Notes: generated by a model from the sequence alone, not told the origin. A stretch of DNA of 64,000 nucleotides from an uncultured Chloroflexia bacterium (GCA_963724295.1 CAVRUC010000004.1:160001-224000), one strand, 5' to 3'. Numbered from the stretch's first letter, positions 1 through 9,762 are shown. Made by a program: numbers and translations.

Positions 1-130
1 GCGATGGAACGAGGTCGACGTTCATCACGTCAAATCCGTGCTCCGTTAGATCGTCAACGACTGCCCGCCCCGCCAGTCCGCTGCCACCGGTCACCACGAC
101 GCGCATCGATACCGCTCCTGTGCCTCGCGA

Positions 131-1192
131 TTAGTTCGGTATGGCCCGGATCATCTCGATCGCCAGCTCGATGTCCGCCCGCGCGTCCGCAAGCGATGTG
201 CGCGGTTGGCGACCCTCCCGCATACAATCAAAGAAATGCAGCCATTCCCGCCGGAACGCCTCCTGATGTGACACCGGAATCTCCTTTCGCACCGGAGAAC
301 CCGCCTCATTTTCTCGGACCGTGACCACCGTCGGGGCATACGGCACGTAGGGGTTCGGGAAGGTGATCTCGACCGTCTCGTGCGTGCCGTAAGCAACCAG
401 ATGCTCGTCCCACCAGAGAGCCTCGGAGCCGATCCCGACCTCGAACACGCAGCGACAGCCCGGACCGTAGTCCAGGACAGAAAGCAGTTGTGTCGGAGAG
501 ACGGCGTCGCTGTAGCGCACCCCGGATGGTGCTCCGAAGGCGCCGCGCAGGATGGTGAGATCGTGGCTGGCCAGCATCAGGAGCATCTCGAAGAGATCGG
601 CATGGTGCGCGTGATCCGCGCCCAATGCCTCTCGCAGCGTCGCCTGGATCGCTCGTCGTCGCTCGTCGCGGAGCGCGGGTGAAAGATCGTCGCGGCTGGC
701 GAGCGTAAAGAGCGTGGCGTGAAGACCGAAGTCGGCGGCGAAATCATGGACACGGATCAGCCGTACGTCGTCCATTGCTTGCATCCTCGCCGCGCCGAGC
801 TCGTAGCCGGGGTCGTATCGCTTCATGTAGGCGACCATTGCTGTCACGCCGGCCCGCTCGACGGCGTCGATGATGCGGTCGGCTTCGGCCAGCGAGAACC
901 CGAGCGGCTTCTCGATGAAGAGATGCTTGCCAGCCTCGGCCGCCGCCACGGCGGCCTAGGCATGCTCCATGGTCAGAATTGCGACAGCGTCGACGTCATC
1001 CCGGTTCACCAAATCGGTGAAGTCCGTGAAACGAGCGGGCACCCCGAACCGCTCGCCGACCGTCTCCACCAGCCTCGGCGACGCATCACAGACCGCCGTC
1101 ACCCGAAATTGCGGCAGCTCCGTCAGAAAGGGCAAATGCATGATCTGGGCGATCTGGCCGCACCCACCCACGCCCACCCGCAACGGCTCCAC
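131..1192 (-). pseudogene. Gfo/Idh/MocA family NAD(P)-dependent oxidoreductase interrupted by one in-frame TAG (956-958)
   Basis: GTG at 1192 after GGAGA. Rossmann start LRVGVGGCGQIAQ, then DVDAVAILTMEHA*AAVAAAEAGKHLFIEKP (EKP motif). ORFs 956..1576 and 131..949 share one frame and are separated only by the TAG. Confidence 0.85.
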
Positions 1193-1211
1193 GATTTCTC
1201 CGTTTCCCGAA

Positions 1212-1793
1212 CTAACGGAGCCCGTCGGCGCCGACTGCCTCATCCCGGCGCAGGCCGCCGACCCGGGCAAACGGCCGCCCGCCGCACGAGAGAGCGGCAA
1301 CCACCACGATCTCATCGTCGCGCGGCGCGGCCGGGACCCGCACCTCGATCGCGTCGAAGTGGCTACGCACGAACGCCGCATCCTTGCAATGGAGCGGCAC
1401 GTCGATCGCGTCGCCCGGACCACCCATCTTTTTCGCCGAGGGGATGATCGCGGCCCCGCCACCAACCGCGGCGCGCATCGGCGCTCCGAACTTTGGATGG
1501 AGGAGTGCCGCCGCGTGCTCCAGTTCTCCGGCCAACCCCACGATCGCCGCCTTGCCGAAGCTTTCGGCTGCTTCACCGCCGAGCAGCGCCACGGCGCGTC
1601 GTGTCAACAGATCGCCAAGCTCTTCACCAAACCCGATCAGCAGATCGAGGTCGTCGACGATCTGCCCGGCGAACGGGTTGGCGATCACCGCCGCTACCGC
1701 GACCCGCCGCACGGGCCGCCCGACCGCTCGTCCGCCCTCGCGCACCACCTCCTCAGACACCGCGTAGACCCTACGGATTTCCAGATCGGCCAT
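1212..1793 (-). CDS. Amino acid synthesis family protein (DUF1185-like)
   Basis: Family motifs AAVIANPFAG, ESFGKAAIVGLAGELEHAAALLHP, DVPLHCKDAAFVRSHFD and APRDDEIVV. Sits in an operon between the enamidase and the oxidoreductase. Confidence 0.85.
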   Translation of the reverse strand: MADLEIRRVYAVSEEVVREGGRAVGRPVRRVAVAAVIANPFAGQIVDDLDLLIGFGEELGDLLTRRAVALLGGEAAESFGKAAIVGLAGELEHAAALLHPKFGAPMRAAVGGGAAIIPSAKKMGGPGDAIDVPLHCKDAAFVRSHFDAIEVRVPAAPRDDEIVVVAALSCGGRPFARVGGLRRDEAVGADGLR

Positions 1794-1811
1794 GGTCTCT
1801 GCGCGCCCCTT

Positions 1812-2996
1812 CTAGTGCCCGCCGGCAGCAAACCCAGGCACGACGACCTGGCGTTGCCCCGGCGGGGTATTGCGGCTGGTTCCCACTTTGACGACCCCGT
1901 CGACGATGACCGCGCTCACCGCCGGGGTATCGCCGGTCGCCAGCGTCTGCAGCGCCGTGCTCGCCGGCGAACCGATCGGGGCGTCGACGATCACCAGATC
2001 GGCCTCGCGGCCCGGGACGACCAGCCCCCGGTTCAGGCGGTGCAGGCGGGCGGTATTCCCGGTCGCCATCGCCACTGCTCGTTCGGGTGCGATCCCACCC
2101 AGCGCGGCCACCCAGGAGATGGTCCGCAGCATCCCCAGGGGGATAACGCCTGTCCCCGATGGCATGTCGGTACCGAGGATCAGCCGCCGTTCGAGTCCCT
2201 GGCGAGCAACCAGCTGCGCCACCTCCTGTGCCGCTACGGTATTGCCGCACTGCACGATTTCCACGAAGGCGTCCGTGTCACGCAGAATCCGGGCGACGTC
2301 GTCGAGCGGTAATCGCGTGGGACCGCCGTTGACGTGGCTGGCGACGTCGGGTCGGATAGCGCAGACCAGATCGGCGCGAATAGCGTTGCTGCCGGGGATC
2401 GAGACGCCTCCCGTGTGCATCGCCACGCGCATGCCTCGTGCTTGAGCCCAACGCACCATCGGGCCCGCCTCCTCCGGCGTGCAGACGGCGGAGAGCCCGA
2501 TCTCTCCCACGAGCTGGACCCCGGCCTCCGCCATTTCATCGAAGTCCGCCTCGGTCAAACCATGCTCGAGGATGACCGCGCCGGCAATGACCTTCACGCC
2601 GGCGGGTCGCGCATTGGCGAAGGCCTTTGCGGCGAGGATCGCCAGCGCCTTGGTTCCCACGCGGTCCTTCGGGCGCCCCGGCACGTGCGGCTCACCAGCC
2701 GAGATCATCGACGTCACTCCGCCATGCAGGCAGCTCTCGATGAAATCGAGGATCCGCTGGCGGGGCGAGAAATCGCCGATCACCGGGTGCACGTGGTTGT
2801 CGATGAGACCAGGAATCAGCGTCGCGCCCGCGGCGTCGATGGTCAATTCGCCGTCGATCGACGACGGCGCTGCCGCCTCATTCCCGACGTAGGCGATCGT
2901 GCCCTTTCTGACGACGACCGTGTCGCCATCGGCCAGCGGCGCGTCGACGTCGCCGGTCACGATCGTGCCGATATTGATCACTCGCAGGTTGGCCAC
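1812..2996 (-). CDS. ena: Enamidase-like metal-dependent amidohydrolase
   Basis: GGAGGT RBS then GTG at 2996. PGLIDNHVH metal motif. HGGVTSMISAG, PGRPKD, RPAGVKV, MHTGGVSIPGS, SHVNGGPT, DMPSGTG and SRNTPP match the Eubacterium barkeri enamidase as recalled. Confidence 0.8.
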   Translation of the reverse strand: MANLRVINIGTIVTGDVDAPLADGDTVVVRKGTIAYVGNEAAAPSSIDGELTIDAAGATLIPGLIDNHVHPVIGDFSPRQRILDFIESCLHGGVTSMISAGEPHVPGRPKDRVGTKALAILAAKAFANARPAGVKVIAGAVILEHGLTEADFDEMAEAGVQLVGEIGLSAVCTPEEAGPMVRWAQARGMRVAMHTGGVSIPGSNAIRADLVCAIRPDVASHVNGGPTRLPLDDVARILRDTDAFVEIVQCGNTVAAQEVAQLVARQGLERRLILGTDMPSGTGVIPLGMLRTISWVAALGGIAPERAVAMATGNTARLHRLNRGLVVPGREADLVIVDAPIGSPASTALQTLATGDTPAVSAVIVDGVVKVGTSRNTPPGQRQVVVPGFAAGGH

Positions 2997-3009
2997 ATCC
3001 ACCTCCGAC

Positions 3010-3657
3010 CTACCGCCGGACCGCGGCGCCTTCCCCAACCCCTATGGCCATCAGCTCCTCGCTGGTCACCACATCCCCAAAATGTGTGTCGATGTCGTAG
3101 AGCGTGGACGCCTGCTCGCGCTCACTCGTCGCGCTGACGCAGTCCTCAGGGACGAAGACGTCGTAGCCGAGGAAATAGGCGTCGTGCACCGTCGACCGCA
3201 CGCAGATGTTGGTGACGACGCCCGTCACCACGACCTGCTGGACTCCCCATTCACGCAGCCGCAGGTCCAGGTCGGTGCCAAAGAATCCGCTGTAGCGCCG
3301 CTTCGCGATCCTCAGCTCATCCGGCGCGACGTCCATGGCGTCGACGATTCCCGCGTTCCAGGTGCCGCCAATACAGTGTGGCACGCGTTTCTCGAACTCC
3401 TTGTCCTCCGGGATCGGGTGCTCGTCACAGAGCCAGACGACGCGCATCCCCATCTCCCGGCTTGCGGCCAGCAAGCGATTGATCGGTTCGATGACGCGTC
3501 TTCCTTCGAGCAGCACCATCTCCCCACCGGGTTCCAGAAACTCATTGAGCATGTCGACGACGAGGATGGCCGCGCGTGACGGATCGAACCGCAAGCGCCG
3601 CCCCGTCCTTCGCTCCGAAAACTCACTCGTGACGTTAGACACCGACGCATTGTCCAT
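3010..3657 (-). CDS. Isochorismatase-family cysteine hydrolase, nicotinamidase (PncA)-like
   Basis: D-K-C triad (VVDMLNEF, AKRRYSGF, TNICV) plus the metal-binding DxH...HC.GT pattern (CDEH...VPHCIGGT). GGAG RBS. Confidence 0.8.
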   Translation of the reverse strand: MDNASVSNVTSEFSERRTGRRLRFDPSRAAILVVDMLNEFLEPGGEMVLLEGRRVIEPINRLLAASREMGMRVVWLCDEHPIPEDKEFEKRVPHCIGGTWNAGIVDAMDVAPDELRIAKRRYSGFFGTDLDLRLREWGVQQVVVTGVVTNICVRSTVHDAYFLGYDVFVPEDCVSATSEREQASTLYDIDTHFGDVVTSEELMAIGVGEGAAVRR

Positions 3658-3705
3658 GGTGATTGCTCCTCTCTGATCCGGACCGACTTCTTCTCCGGTC
3701 TAAGC

Positions 3706-5058
3706 TCAGCACATCGCATCGAGCACCGTCGCGACATCTGCCACCGTGGTTCGCGGATTGAGGATCACGATCCTGGCCGCCGGCTCACCCCGGACGCGCG
3801 TTGGCATGACGAACGCCGTGCCAGTGGCGAACAAGCGGGCTGACCAGCGGTCGTAGTCGTCCCCGGCCCATCCCTGGCGACGGAACACCAGGACCGACAG
3901 TTCCGGCTCGATGAGCAGCTCGAGATACGGCCGGGCCCTGATCTCTTCCGCCACCTGCCGCGTCACGGCTAGCGTGGTCTCGATTGCCGCCGCGTACGCG
4001 TCGGTCCCGTGGACGGCGAGCGAGAACCAGAAGGGAAGTCCGCGGGCTCGCCGGCTCAGTTGCACCGCGTAATCGGCCGGGTTCCACTCGTTGCGCGCGT
4101 TGAGGGCATCCAGGTAGGCCGCTGATTGGCTGTGCGCGGCCCTTGCCTGTCGCGGATCCCGGTAGAGCAGCGCGCAGGAGTCGTACGGGGCAAAGAGCCA
4201 CTTGTGCGGATCGACGATGAAGCTGTCAGCCAACTCGACCCCGGCAAAGGCCGATCGCATGCGCGGCGCGGCCAGAGCCGCCAGGCCGTAGGCGCCGTCG
4301 ATGTGCAGCCACAGGTCGCGCTCGCGGCAGACCGCCGCTACGCCGGCGAGATCGTCGATCACCCCGAGGTTTGTCGCGCCGGCTGAGGCGACCACGGCGA
4401 AGACTCCATCGTCTGCATTGGCATCGAGCGCGTCCCGCAGATGCGTCCCGGTCAGCCGGTGACCGGCATCGACTGGCACGTCGATGAGATCAACGTCCAG
4501 CACGCGAGCAGCCTGCGCAACCGAGGAATGGGCCTCGGCGGATGTGGCTATTTGCCACCGCGCCGGTCGCACGCCTCTGCGCCGTGCCAGCGCCGTGTGA
4601 CGAGCGGCATGGAGCGCCGAGAGATTGCCCAGCGTCCCGCCCGGTACGAAGGCGCCTCCAGCCTGAGCGGGGAAGCCGGCGAGACCGGCCAGCCAGCGCA
4701 GCGCCTCATTCTCCGCGTAGACCGCACCTGCCGCCTCCAACCAGCTGCCGGCATAGATCCCGGACGCTCCGACCAGCAAATCGAAGAGGACCGAGGCCTC
4801 GGTCGGCGCGTGGGGGATGAACGCGAGGTAGCGCGAATGGTCGGCCGCGACTGTGGCCGGCGCCAGTTCCTCGACCCAGTGCCGGAGGGCCTCTGATCCA
4901 CCGAGCCCAGCCGGCGTAATCGTCGGTCCTACCCGCTCCGCCAGCTCTTCGGCTGTGGCCGTCCCGCCGAGCGGCCAGGGATCTTGCCGCTGGCGCGCCA
5001 GCACGAGCTCGAGCAACTGCCGCGCCAGCAGTTCAGTCTCGTTCGTCAGGCCGTGCAT
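3706..5058 (-). CDS. PLP-dependent group II amino-acid decarboxylase (aromatic/glutamate/DABA type)
   Basis: GGTLGN, HSSV, WLHIDGAYG and DPHKW (PLP lysine) motifs. ATG at 5058 after AAGGAAG. Confidence 0.88.
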   Translation of the reverse strand: MHGLTNETELLARQLLELVLARQRQDPWPLGGTATAEELAERVGPTITPAGLGGSEALRHWVEELAPATVAADHSRYLAFIPHAPTEASVLFDLLVGASGIYAGSWLEAAGAVYAENEALRWLAGLAGFPAQAGGAFVPGGTLGNLSALHAARHTALARRRGVRPARWQIATSAEAHSSVAQAARVLDVDLIDVPVDAGHRLTGTHLRDALDANADDGVFAVVASAGATNLGVIDDLAGVAAVCRERDLWLHIDGAYGLAALAAPRMRSAFAGVELADSFIVDPHKWLFAPYDSCALLYRDPRQARAAHSQSAAYLDALNARNEWNPADYAVQLSRRARGLPFWFSLAVHGTDAYAAAIETTLAVTRQVAEEIRARPYLELLIEPELSVLVFRRQGWAGDDYDRWSARLFATGTAFVMPTRVRGEPAARIVILNPRTTVADVATVLDAMC

Positions 5059-5297
5059 AACTTCCTTTCGCCCTGGTCCGATCCACGAGCAGTCAGCTGC
5101 AAGGGATATCGTCTCAGTCGCTGTCAATCGTGTATAGCCAGGGCTGGGGAATGTTTCACTTTTTCAGGGTTCGACCTGGGAATGAAACGCTCGCTCAACT
5201 GCTCGTTTGCAGGTGCGCCGCCAACTCATCAACGGCGGCGTGGCGGACGCCGTCCGCGTCCGCCGCCGCTGACGCCACTCGCGTCTCACCATGGCGC

Positions 5298-5402
5298 TTG
5301 GCAGCGACTGATCGAGCCAGTGGCGCAGCTGCAGGTGCGAAGGGGATGACCAAACTCCCCACAGGAACACGGGTTCATCATCGCGATCAACACAAAAGCC
5401 GC
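5298..5402 (-). pseudogene. comM: Short remnant of a ComM/YifB Mg-chelatase-like AAA ATPase
   Basis: Translates AAFVLIAMMNPCSCGEFGHPLRTCSCATGSISRCQ, matching the ComM signature F.L.AAMNPCPCG..G.....C.C....I.RYQ. The rest of the gene is absent. Confidence 0.65.
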
Positions 5403-5537
5403 ACAATCGACCCGAGGCAGCGTTCTCACTGGTAGTCCCACCGCACAAGGGGCCACACGCTCGCTCGTGGGTGCCTGATGCACCGCAAACGCGTCATGGG
5501 CTGGCGGTTCAAACGGTGGCCGGGAAACTCTTGGCCA

Positions 5538-6344
5538 CTAGCTCCAGCCGCACCTGCCACCGAGGCAGAGGAGGTTCCCGCAGCAGAGCGAGTGGTCGTC
5601 ACTAAGCGGTCCGCCGCACGATCCGCCCTCGTACCGGCAGCAATGCTGGGTCCCGCCATATGCCCCGTAGACAGCGCCAGTGTCGGCGCAGTAGGCGATG
5701 CCAAGCTCCGGATAGGAGTTATCGCATTGCGAATCGGAGATGCAGGCCTGGCCTGGAGGAAAGCCGTATCCAGTCTGGTTCAACCCGGAGTCGCGAGCAC
5801 CGGGATAGCCCGCACTCGCTCCAGGATCGCGGCAGACTCCAGCGATGCAGCTCAGCAAGCCGCAGCACTGCCCATCCCACCCGCAGCCTCCTCCGTCATA
5901 TGAGCAGCAACGAAAATCGTCGGTCTGCCCGATATAGTCGCAGACCAACCCGCCTGCGAAGCACTCGTCGGTGGTCTGGCAGAGGTCGCCGGCACTGGCA
6001 TTTGACGGTGGGCTGACGCAGCTGCCGGTGATGCATGAGGCGACTCCACAACATCCCTCGTCGCTATAGCAGTAGCCACCTTCGTAAGCGCAGCAGTTGA
6101 GCGCACCGTCGTAATTGAAGCCGTTGTCGGCGCAGAACATCGGCGAGTACCGCGTATTGCCGCACTGGCTATCGTCGTAGCACGCCTCGCCAGGACCCAG
6201 ATAACCGGACTGGGCTGCGACGCGCGAGAGGCGGCGGTCCAGAACCAGCAGCCCGACAGCCCCCGCCAGTCCGCGCAGCAGGCCGCGTCGCGAGCTATTT
6301 CTGGCGACAACGCGAACTAGTGAATCGAACCGCTCTCCATCCAT
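5538..6344 (-). CDS. Exported Cys-rich protein with three 10-Cys repeats and a twin-arginine-like leader
   Basis: Leader MDGERFDSLVR...SSRRGLLRG...VAAQ. 30 Cys arranged as three C-C-C-CC-C-CC-C-C units, each with Y(E/D)GG. GGGGAG RBS. Confidence 0.8.
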   Translation of the reverse strand: MDGERFDSLVRVVARNSSRRGLLRGLAGAVGLLVLDRRLSRVAAQSGYLGPGEACYDDSQCGNTRYSPMFCADNGFNYDGALNCCAYEGGYCYSDEGCCGVASCITGSCVSPPSNASAGDLCQTTDECFAGGLVCDYIGQTDDFRCCSYDGGGCGWDGQCCGLLSCIAGVCRDPGASAGYPGARDSGLNQTGYGFPPGQACISDSQCDNSYPELGIAYCADTGAVYGAYGGTQHCCRYEGGSCGGPLSDDHSLCCGNLLCLGGRCGWS

Positions 6345-6388
6345 TTCCGCCGCTCCCCCACCCGATTTCCTGGCAGTTTCCTAGGACC

Positions 6389-7138
6389 TCACCACCAACC
6401 CACTTTGGCGGCAAACGTGTCGAGGTCGTCGCTGACGATCATCATGATGCGGGGGACGTAAAACGGGTCGACGGCAAGCAAGTAGCATCCCGTGCCATTC
6501 AGACCGAACGCGCCGATGATGCCGGATGCCGTCGCGGCTTCGATGGCGCTGGCGTTGTAATCGCCGAACGGCCAGGCCAGGAACTGCACCGGTTGTCCCG
6601 TGATCTGTTGGATGTACGTCACATTCTGGCTGATCTCGGCCAGCTGAGCTTCGTAGTCCAAATGCGAAAGGAACTGGTGATTAGCCGTGTGAGCCTGGAC
6701 CGGGCCGTATTGCGACAAGGTCAGGATCTGATCGGCTGACAACGGCGAGTAGTTGTTGATGAAATAGTTGCCGACCAGCCCGTACCGGCCGAGTATCTCG
6801 GCGAAGGTCATGACACTGGACCAGCCATCGTCGTTGGTGAGCAGGATCGGGTTTGCCGGGAGCGTCCCGGAGCCCATCGCCGCGTCCCAGAACTGCCAGA
6901 GCGTGATCGACGTGTAGCCGTTTTCGTAGAGCCATCGACACTGCTCGTCAAGCTGCTCGGGCGTGACCGATAATTCACTCCCCGAATAGTCGACGTTGTG
7001 GTAGACGAGGACCGGCACTCGGATATTGGCGGACTCTTCCGCAGCGCCTGCCGGTAGTGGGCGCCAAGCGAGAACGACGACCAGAACGAGCGCGCGTAAG
7101 ACGGCGCGCGCGCCGCGCCAATTGGCAACCCTTCCCAT
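6389..7138 (-). CDS. Secreted polysaccharide deacetylase (CE4/NodB-like)
   Basis: Signal peptide; VPVLVYH, LTNDDGW, HTANH, AWPFG and VPRI motifs. Start uncertain (7138 or 7192). Confidence 0.85.
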   Translation of the reverse strand: MGRVANWRGARAVLRALVLVVVLAWRPLPAGAAEESANIRVPVLVYHNVDYSGSELSVTPEQLDEQCRWLYENGYTSITLWQFWDAAMGSGTLPANPILLTNDDGWSSVMTFAEILGRYGLVGNYFINNYSPLSADQILTLSQYGPVQAHTANHQFLSHLDYEAQLAEISQNVTYIQQITGQPVQFLAWPFGDYNASAIEAATASGIIGAFGLNGTGCYLLAVDPFYVPRIMMIVSDDLDTFAAKVGWW

Positions 7139-7367
7139 GGGTGACCCCCGATTTTGCTCGGACAGCGTCGCTCCGGAAGCGCCTGCGCTCAAACGCCAAG
7201 TGCCCCAGGCAGACGCTGGCTCCCCAAAAGCCGTCGCCCGCCCCGGAAAGACGGTCCTGCTCGATTGTCGTCGGCAAGGGCCTCAGATTGCCCTTGACAC
7301 GCTGGAACAGCCCCATCGTATCGGTTTTTTTCCCGATGTCAAGACCTGAATGGGAAGATAGGGGGTT

Positions 7368-8870
7368 TTACACTCGAACAATTCGGAGTGTTTGCAGTGA
7401 GGGGTCGGCCGCGCCGCGTACATGCATGCCCGCCGCTATACCTTCGCGCAAGCAGTCGATCTTGATGGCGGTGATGATCTCCCCGGGAGTCAGGACCGGA
7501 ATCCCAGGTGGATAAGGGATTACCGCTTCAGCAGCTACTTCGCCGACGGTGTCCAACAAGGGCGCGGCGACGGAGGGAGCGAAGTACGCCTCGCGCGGAG
7601 TTAGCGCCTGCTCCCCCGTGGCGATGGCCTCGCCAGCAATGCGAGGGCAAGTGGCGGTACTTCGCGGCATTGCACGATGGGGCAGCGAGGCGACCGCACG
7701 CACCAGGCGTTGGATGGTCTCAGGCGTATCGCCTACAGTCACCAGGCAGACGATGCCAGCCCGATCGCTCATCTCCGGGGCGATTTGAAACCGCTCGCGA
7801 AGCAGCCGCTCCACCATGTAGCCAGTCAAGCCCAGGCTCTCGACATCGATCACCAAGCGAGTCGGGTCGTACTGTTCTGGAGGTAATCCAAGAGATGAGG
7901 CATCGAGGACATCAATGCCAGGCAGACGGCGCATCGCCCGCCGCGCTCCTTCCGCCAACTCGATCGTACGATCGAGCATGTCCCGTCCCGCCAGACCCAT
8001 CTGACGGCGACAGCCGTCGAGCGAGGCGAGCACCGGCATCAGCGGGCTGGTCGTCTGGGTCAGCTTGACCGCACCAGCCACCCGGGCAGCGTCCACTCGC
8101 GGACCGCGAATGTTGAGTAGTGCCGCCTGAGACAGTCCAGTCAGCAGTTTGTGAGGGCTGGTGACCGCCCCATCGGCGCCACAGCTCATCGCGGAGGGCG
8201 GGAGGCAGGGATGGAATCCCAAATGCGCTCCCCAGGCTTCGTCCACATAGACCGTGACGCCTCGGGCATGTGCCGCGGTCACGATCTCCCGCAAATTCGA
8301 GGCGACTCCCCAGTAGGTGGGACTGGTGACAGCCACGAGTTTGGCAGCTGGATGCGCGTCCAATGTCGAAACAACGTCCCGCGCGGTCACCCCTAGCCCG
8401 ACATGCAGCGACGAGTGCAACTGCGGCGCCACGTAGATTGGTCGGGCGCCTGTGAGGATGAGAGCGGCCAGCAATGACTGGTGCAGATCACGGCCGACCA
8501 CGACCTCGTCGCCGGGAGAGAGTCTCGCCAGCAGAAACGCTTGATTACCACTCGAGGAGCCGTTGACGAGGAAGAAACTCCGCTCGGCACCCCACGTCCT
8601 GGCGGCCAGGTCCTCTGCCAGTCGTACGCTCCGATCATGGTCCGCCGTGTTCAGCCAGACGTCAGCGGCGCCGAACCGACTCCCAAGGAGTTGACGCAGG
8701 TCACTATCGAGACCTGCTCCCCGCTTGTGGCCTGGCGTTGAGAACGGAACTGTGGCGGTCGCAGCGTAGGTCTTGAGCGCGTCGATAATCGGCGCCTGCT
8801 CGTCAAGAGCACTGCTGAATGCCGGCGGGCTCGTGGTCGGGGCCGAGGCGAGTGCGACGGGACTAAGCAT
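7368..8870 (-). CDS. Orn/Lys/Arg decarboxylase (PLP, class I/group III)
   Basis: FSTPGHKRG, FLVNGSSSGN, SPTYWG, VDEAWGAH, SPHK (PLP Lys), QTTSP, DPTRL and IPYPPGIP motifs. Confidence 0.9.
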   Translation of the reverse strand: MLSPVALASAPTTSPPAFSSALDEQAPIIDALKTYAATATVPFSTPGHKRGAGLDSDLRQLLGSRFGAADVWLNTADHDRSVRLAEDLAARTWGAERSFFLVNGSSSGNQAFLLARLSPGDEVVVGRDLHQSLLAALILTGARPIYVAPQLHSSLHVGLGVTARDVVSTLDAHPAAKLVAVTSPTYWGVASNLREIVTAAHARGVTVYVDEAWGAHLGFHPCLPPSAMSCGADGAVTSPHKLLTGLSQAALLNIRGPRVDAARVAGAVKLTQTTSPLMPVLASLDGCRRQMGLAGRDMLDRTIELAEGARRAMRRLPGIDVLDASSLGLPPEQYDPTRLVIDVESLGLTGYMVERLLRERFQIAPEMSDRAGIVCLVTVGDTPETIQRLVRAVASLPHRAMPRSTATCPRIAGEAIATGEQALTPREAYFAPSVAAPLLDTVGEVAAEAVIPYPPGIPVLTPGEIITAIKIDCLREGIAAGMHVRGAADPSLQTLRIVRV

Positions 8871-8959
8871 CGGGTGGCTCCTTGATGATTCTGAGCACAT
8901 TCCAGGCTTCATGTACTGAGTTGGGCAGCGCCGCACATGGCGGTTGACGCAGGCGCTGC

Positions 8960-9427
8960 TCAGGGCTGCACCTCAGACACGACGACCGCCTGGGTTTCCT
9001 CGCCGGCGGAGTCGAAGTCAACAGCGCTGGCGCCCGTTTCATTAGGTGTGAGGACCAGATAGGCCTGCAGGGCCAAGATGAGGACGATGGCGACCCATTT
9101 CAGTGGCGGCAGGTCTGCTCCGTAGCGAATGCGCTCGTAGAGCAGCAGTCCAACCTGCAAGAAAACGACCCAGCCGATCGTGACAATCGAGAGCTCGGCA
9201 GTCTTGAGACTTATCGCGTAGAAGACAAAGAGCCCCATGAAGGTCAGCAGTCCAGCCACAAACCACAACGGCTGGCGGGTGTCAGCCCACTCCTTGGCAA
9301 ACACCGCGCCGATGAAGTCGAGCAGGGCCAGAGCGATCATCGCTGAGATGCTCGTCAGGAAGAACTGCACGGCCGGAGAAAGCCCTTGTGGTCGGATCAA
9401 TCGAAGCACGGTATCGACGTCCATCAA
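8960..9427 (-). CDS. Four-TM membrane protein, SMR/DMT-like
   Basis: Four hydrophobic helices. LALLDFIGAVFAK and AISLKTAELSIVTIGW resemble SMR TM1 and TM2-3. Confidence 0.65.
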   Translation of the reverse strand: MMDVDTVLRLIRPQGLSPAVQFFLTSISAMIALALLDFIGAVFAKEWADTRQPLWFVAGLLTFMGLFVFYAISLKTAELSIVTIGWVVFLQVGLLLYERIRYGADLPPLKWVAIVLILALQAYLVLTPNETGASAVDFDSAGEETQAVVVSEVQP

Positions 9428-9762
9428 CTTCCCTCTTTCTCGATCTTCATTCGCTCGGCGCGCAGCTTTGTGGCCCAGGCAGGCACCTTCTCGGTCCGCT
9501 CGGTCGGAGGGCTCGTCGCCGCGGCATCGACCAGCAAGTCAACCGGATCCAAGCTGCCGCCCCGGGTGAAGAGGTTCCGCTGCAGCTGCAGCTGAATGTG
9601 AAGGAGGGATGGCCGAGCAATGCCTCTACTCCGAGCGTGGGCGACGAGCGGTTCGGATACCGTGTTGGGCGCCGGGACGTTGCCAGTGGTCCTGCTCGGT
9701 GAAGTAATCGAACATCCTGGTGACACGGCGTCGTCGCACAAGGGGCGGGCGGCTAAGGTCAT
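9424..9762 (-). CDS. Hypothetical protein
   Basis: Stop overlaps the start of the downstream gene by 4 bp. No recognisable motif; start uncertain. Confidence 0.35.
   Translation of the reverse strand: MTLAARPLCDDAVSPGCSITSPSRTTGNVPAPNTVSEPLVAHARSRGIARPSLLHIQLQLQRNLFTRGGSLDPVDLLVDAAATSPPTERTEKVPAWATKLRAERMKIEKEGS

Noticed and set aside
1..28. Possible start of another minus-strand gene (GGAG...GTG ATG AAC GTC GAC)
   Set aside because: Only about 8 codons lie inside the window, too few to support a call.
956..958. Pyrrolysine or genome-wide TAG recoding
   Set aside because: TAG ends many clearly complete genes here (e.g. enamidase, pstS, pstB), and no pyl genes are in the window.
5165..5180. 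CAGGGTTCGACCTGGG resembling a tRNA T-arm or att site
   Set aside because: The loop is too short, and there is no acceptor stem, anticodon arm or CCA.
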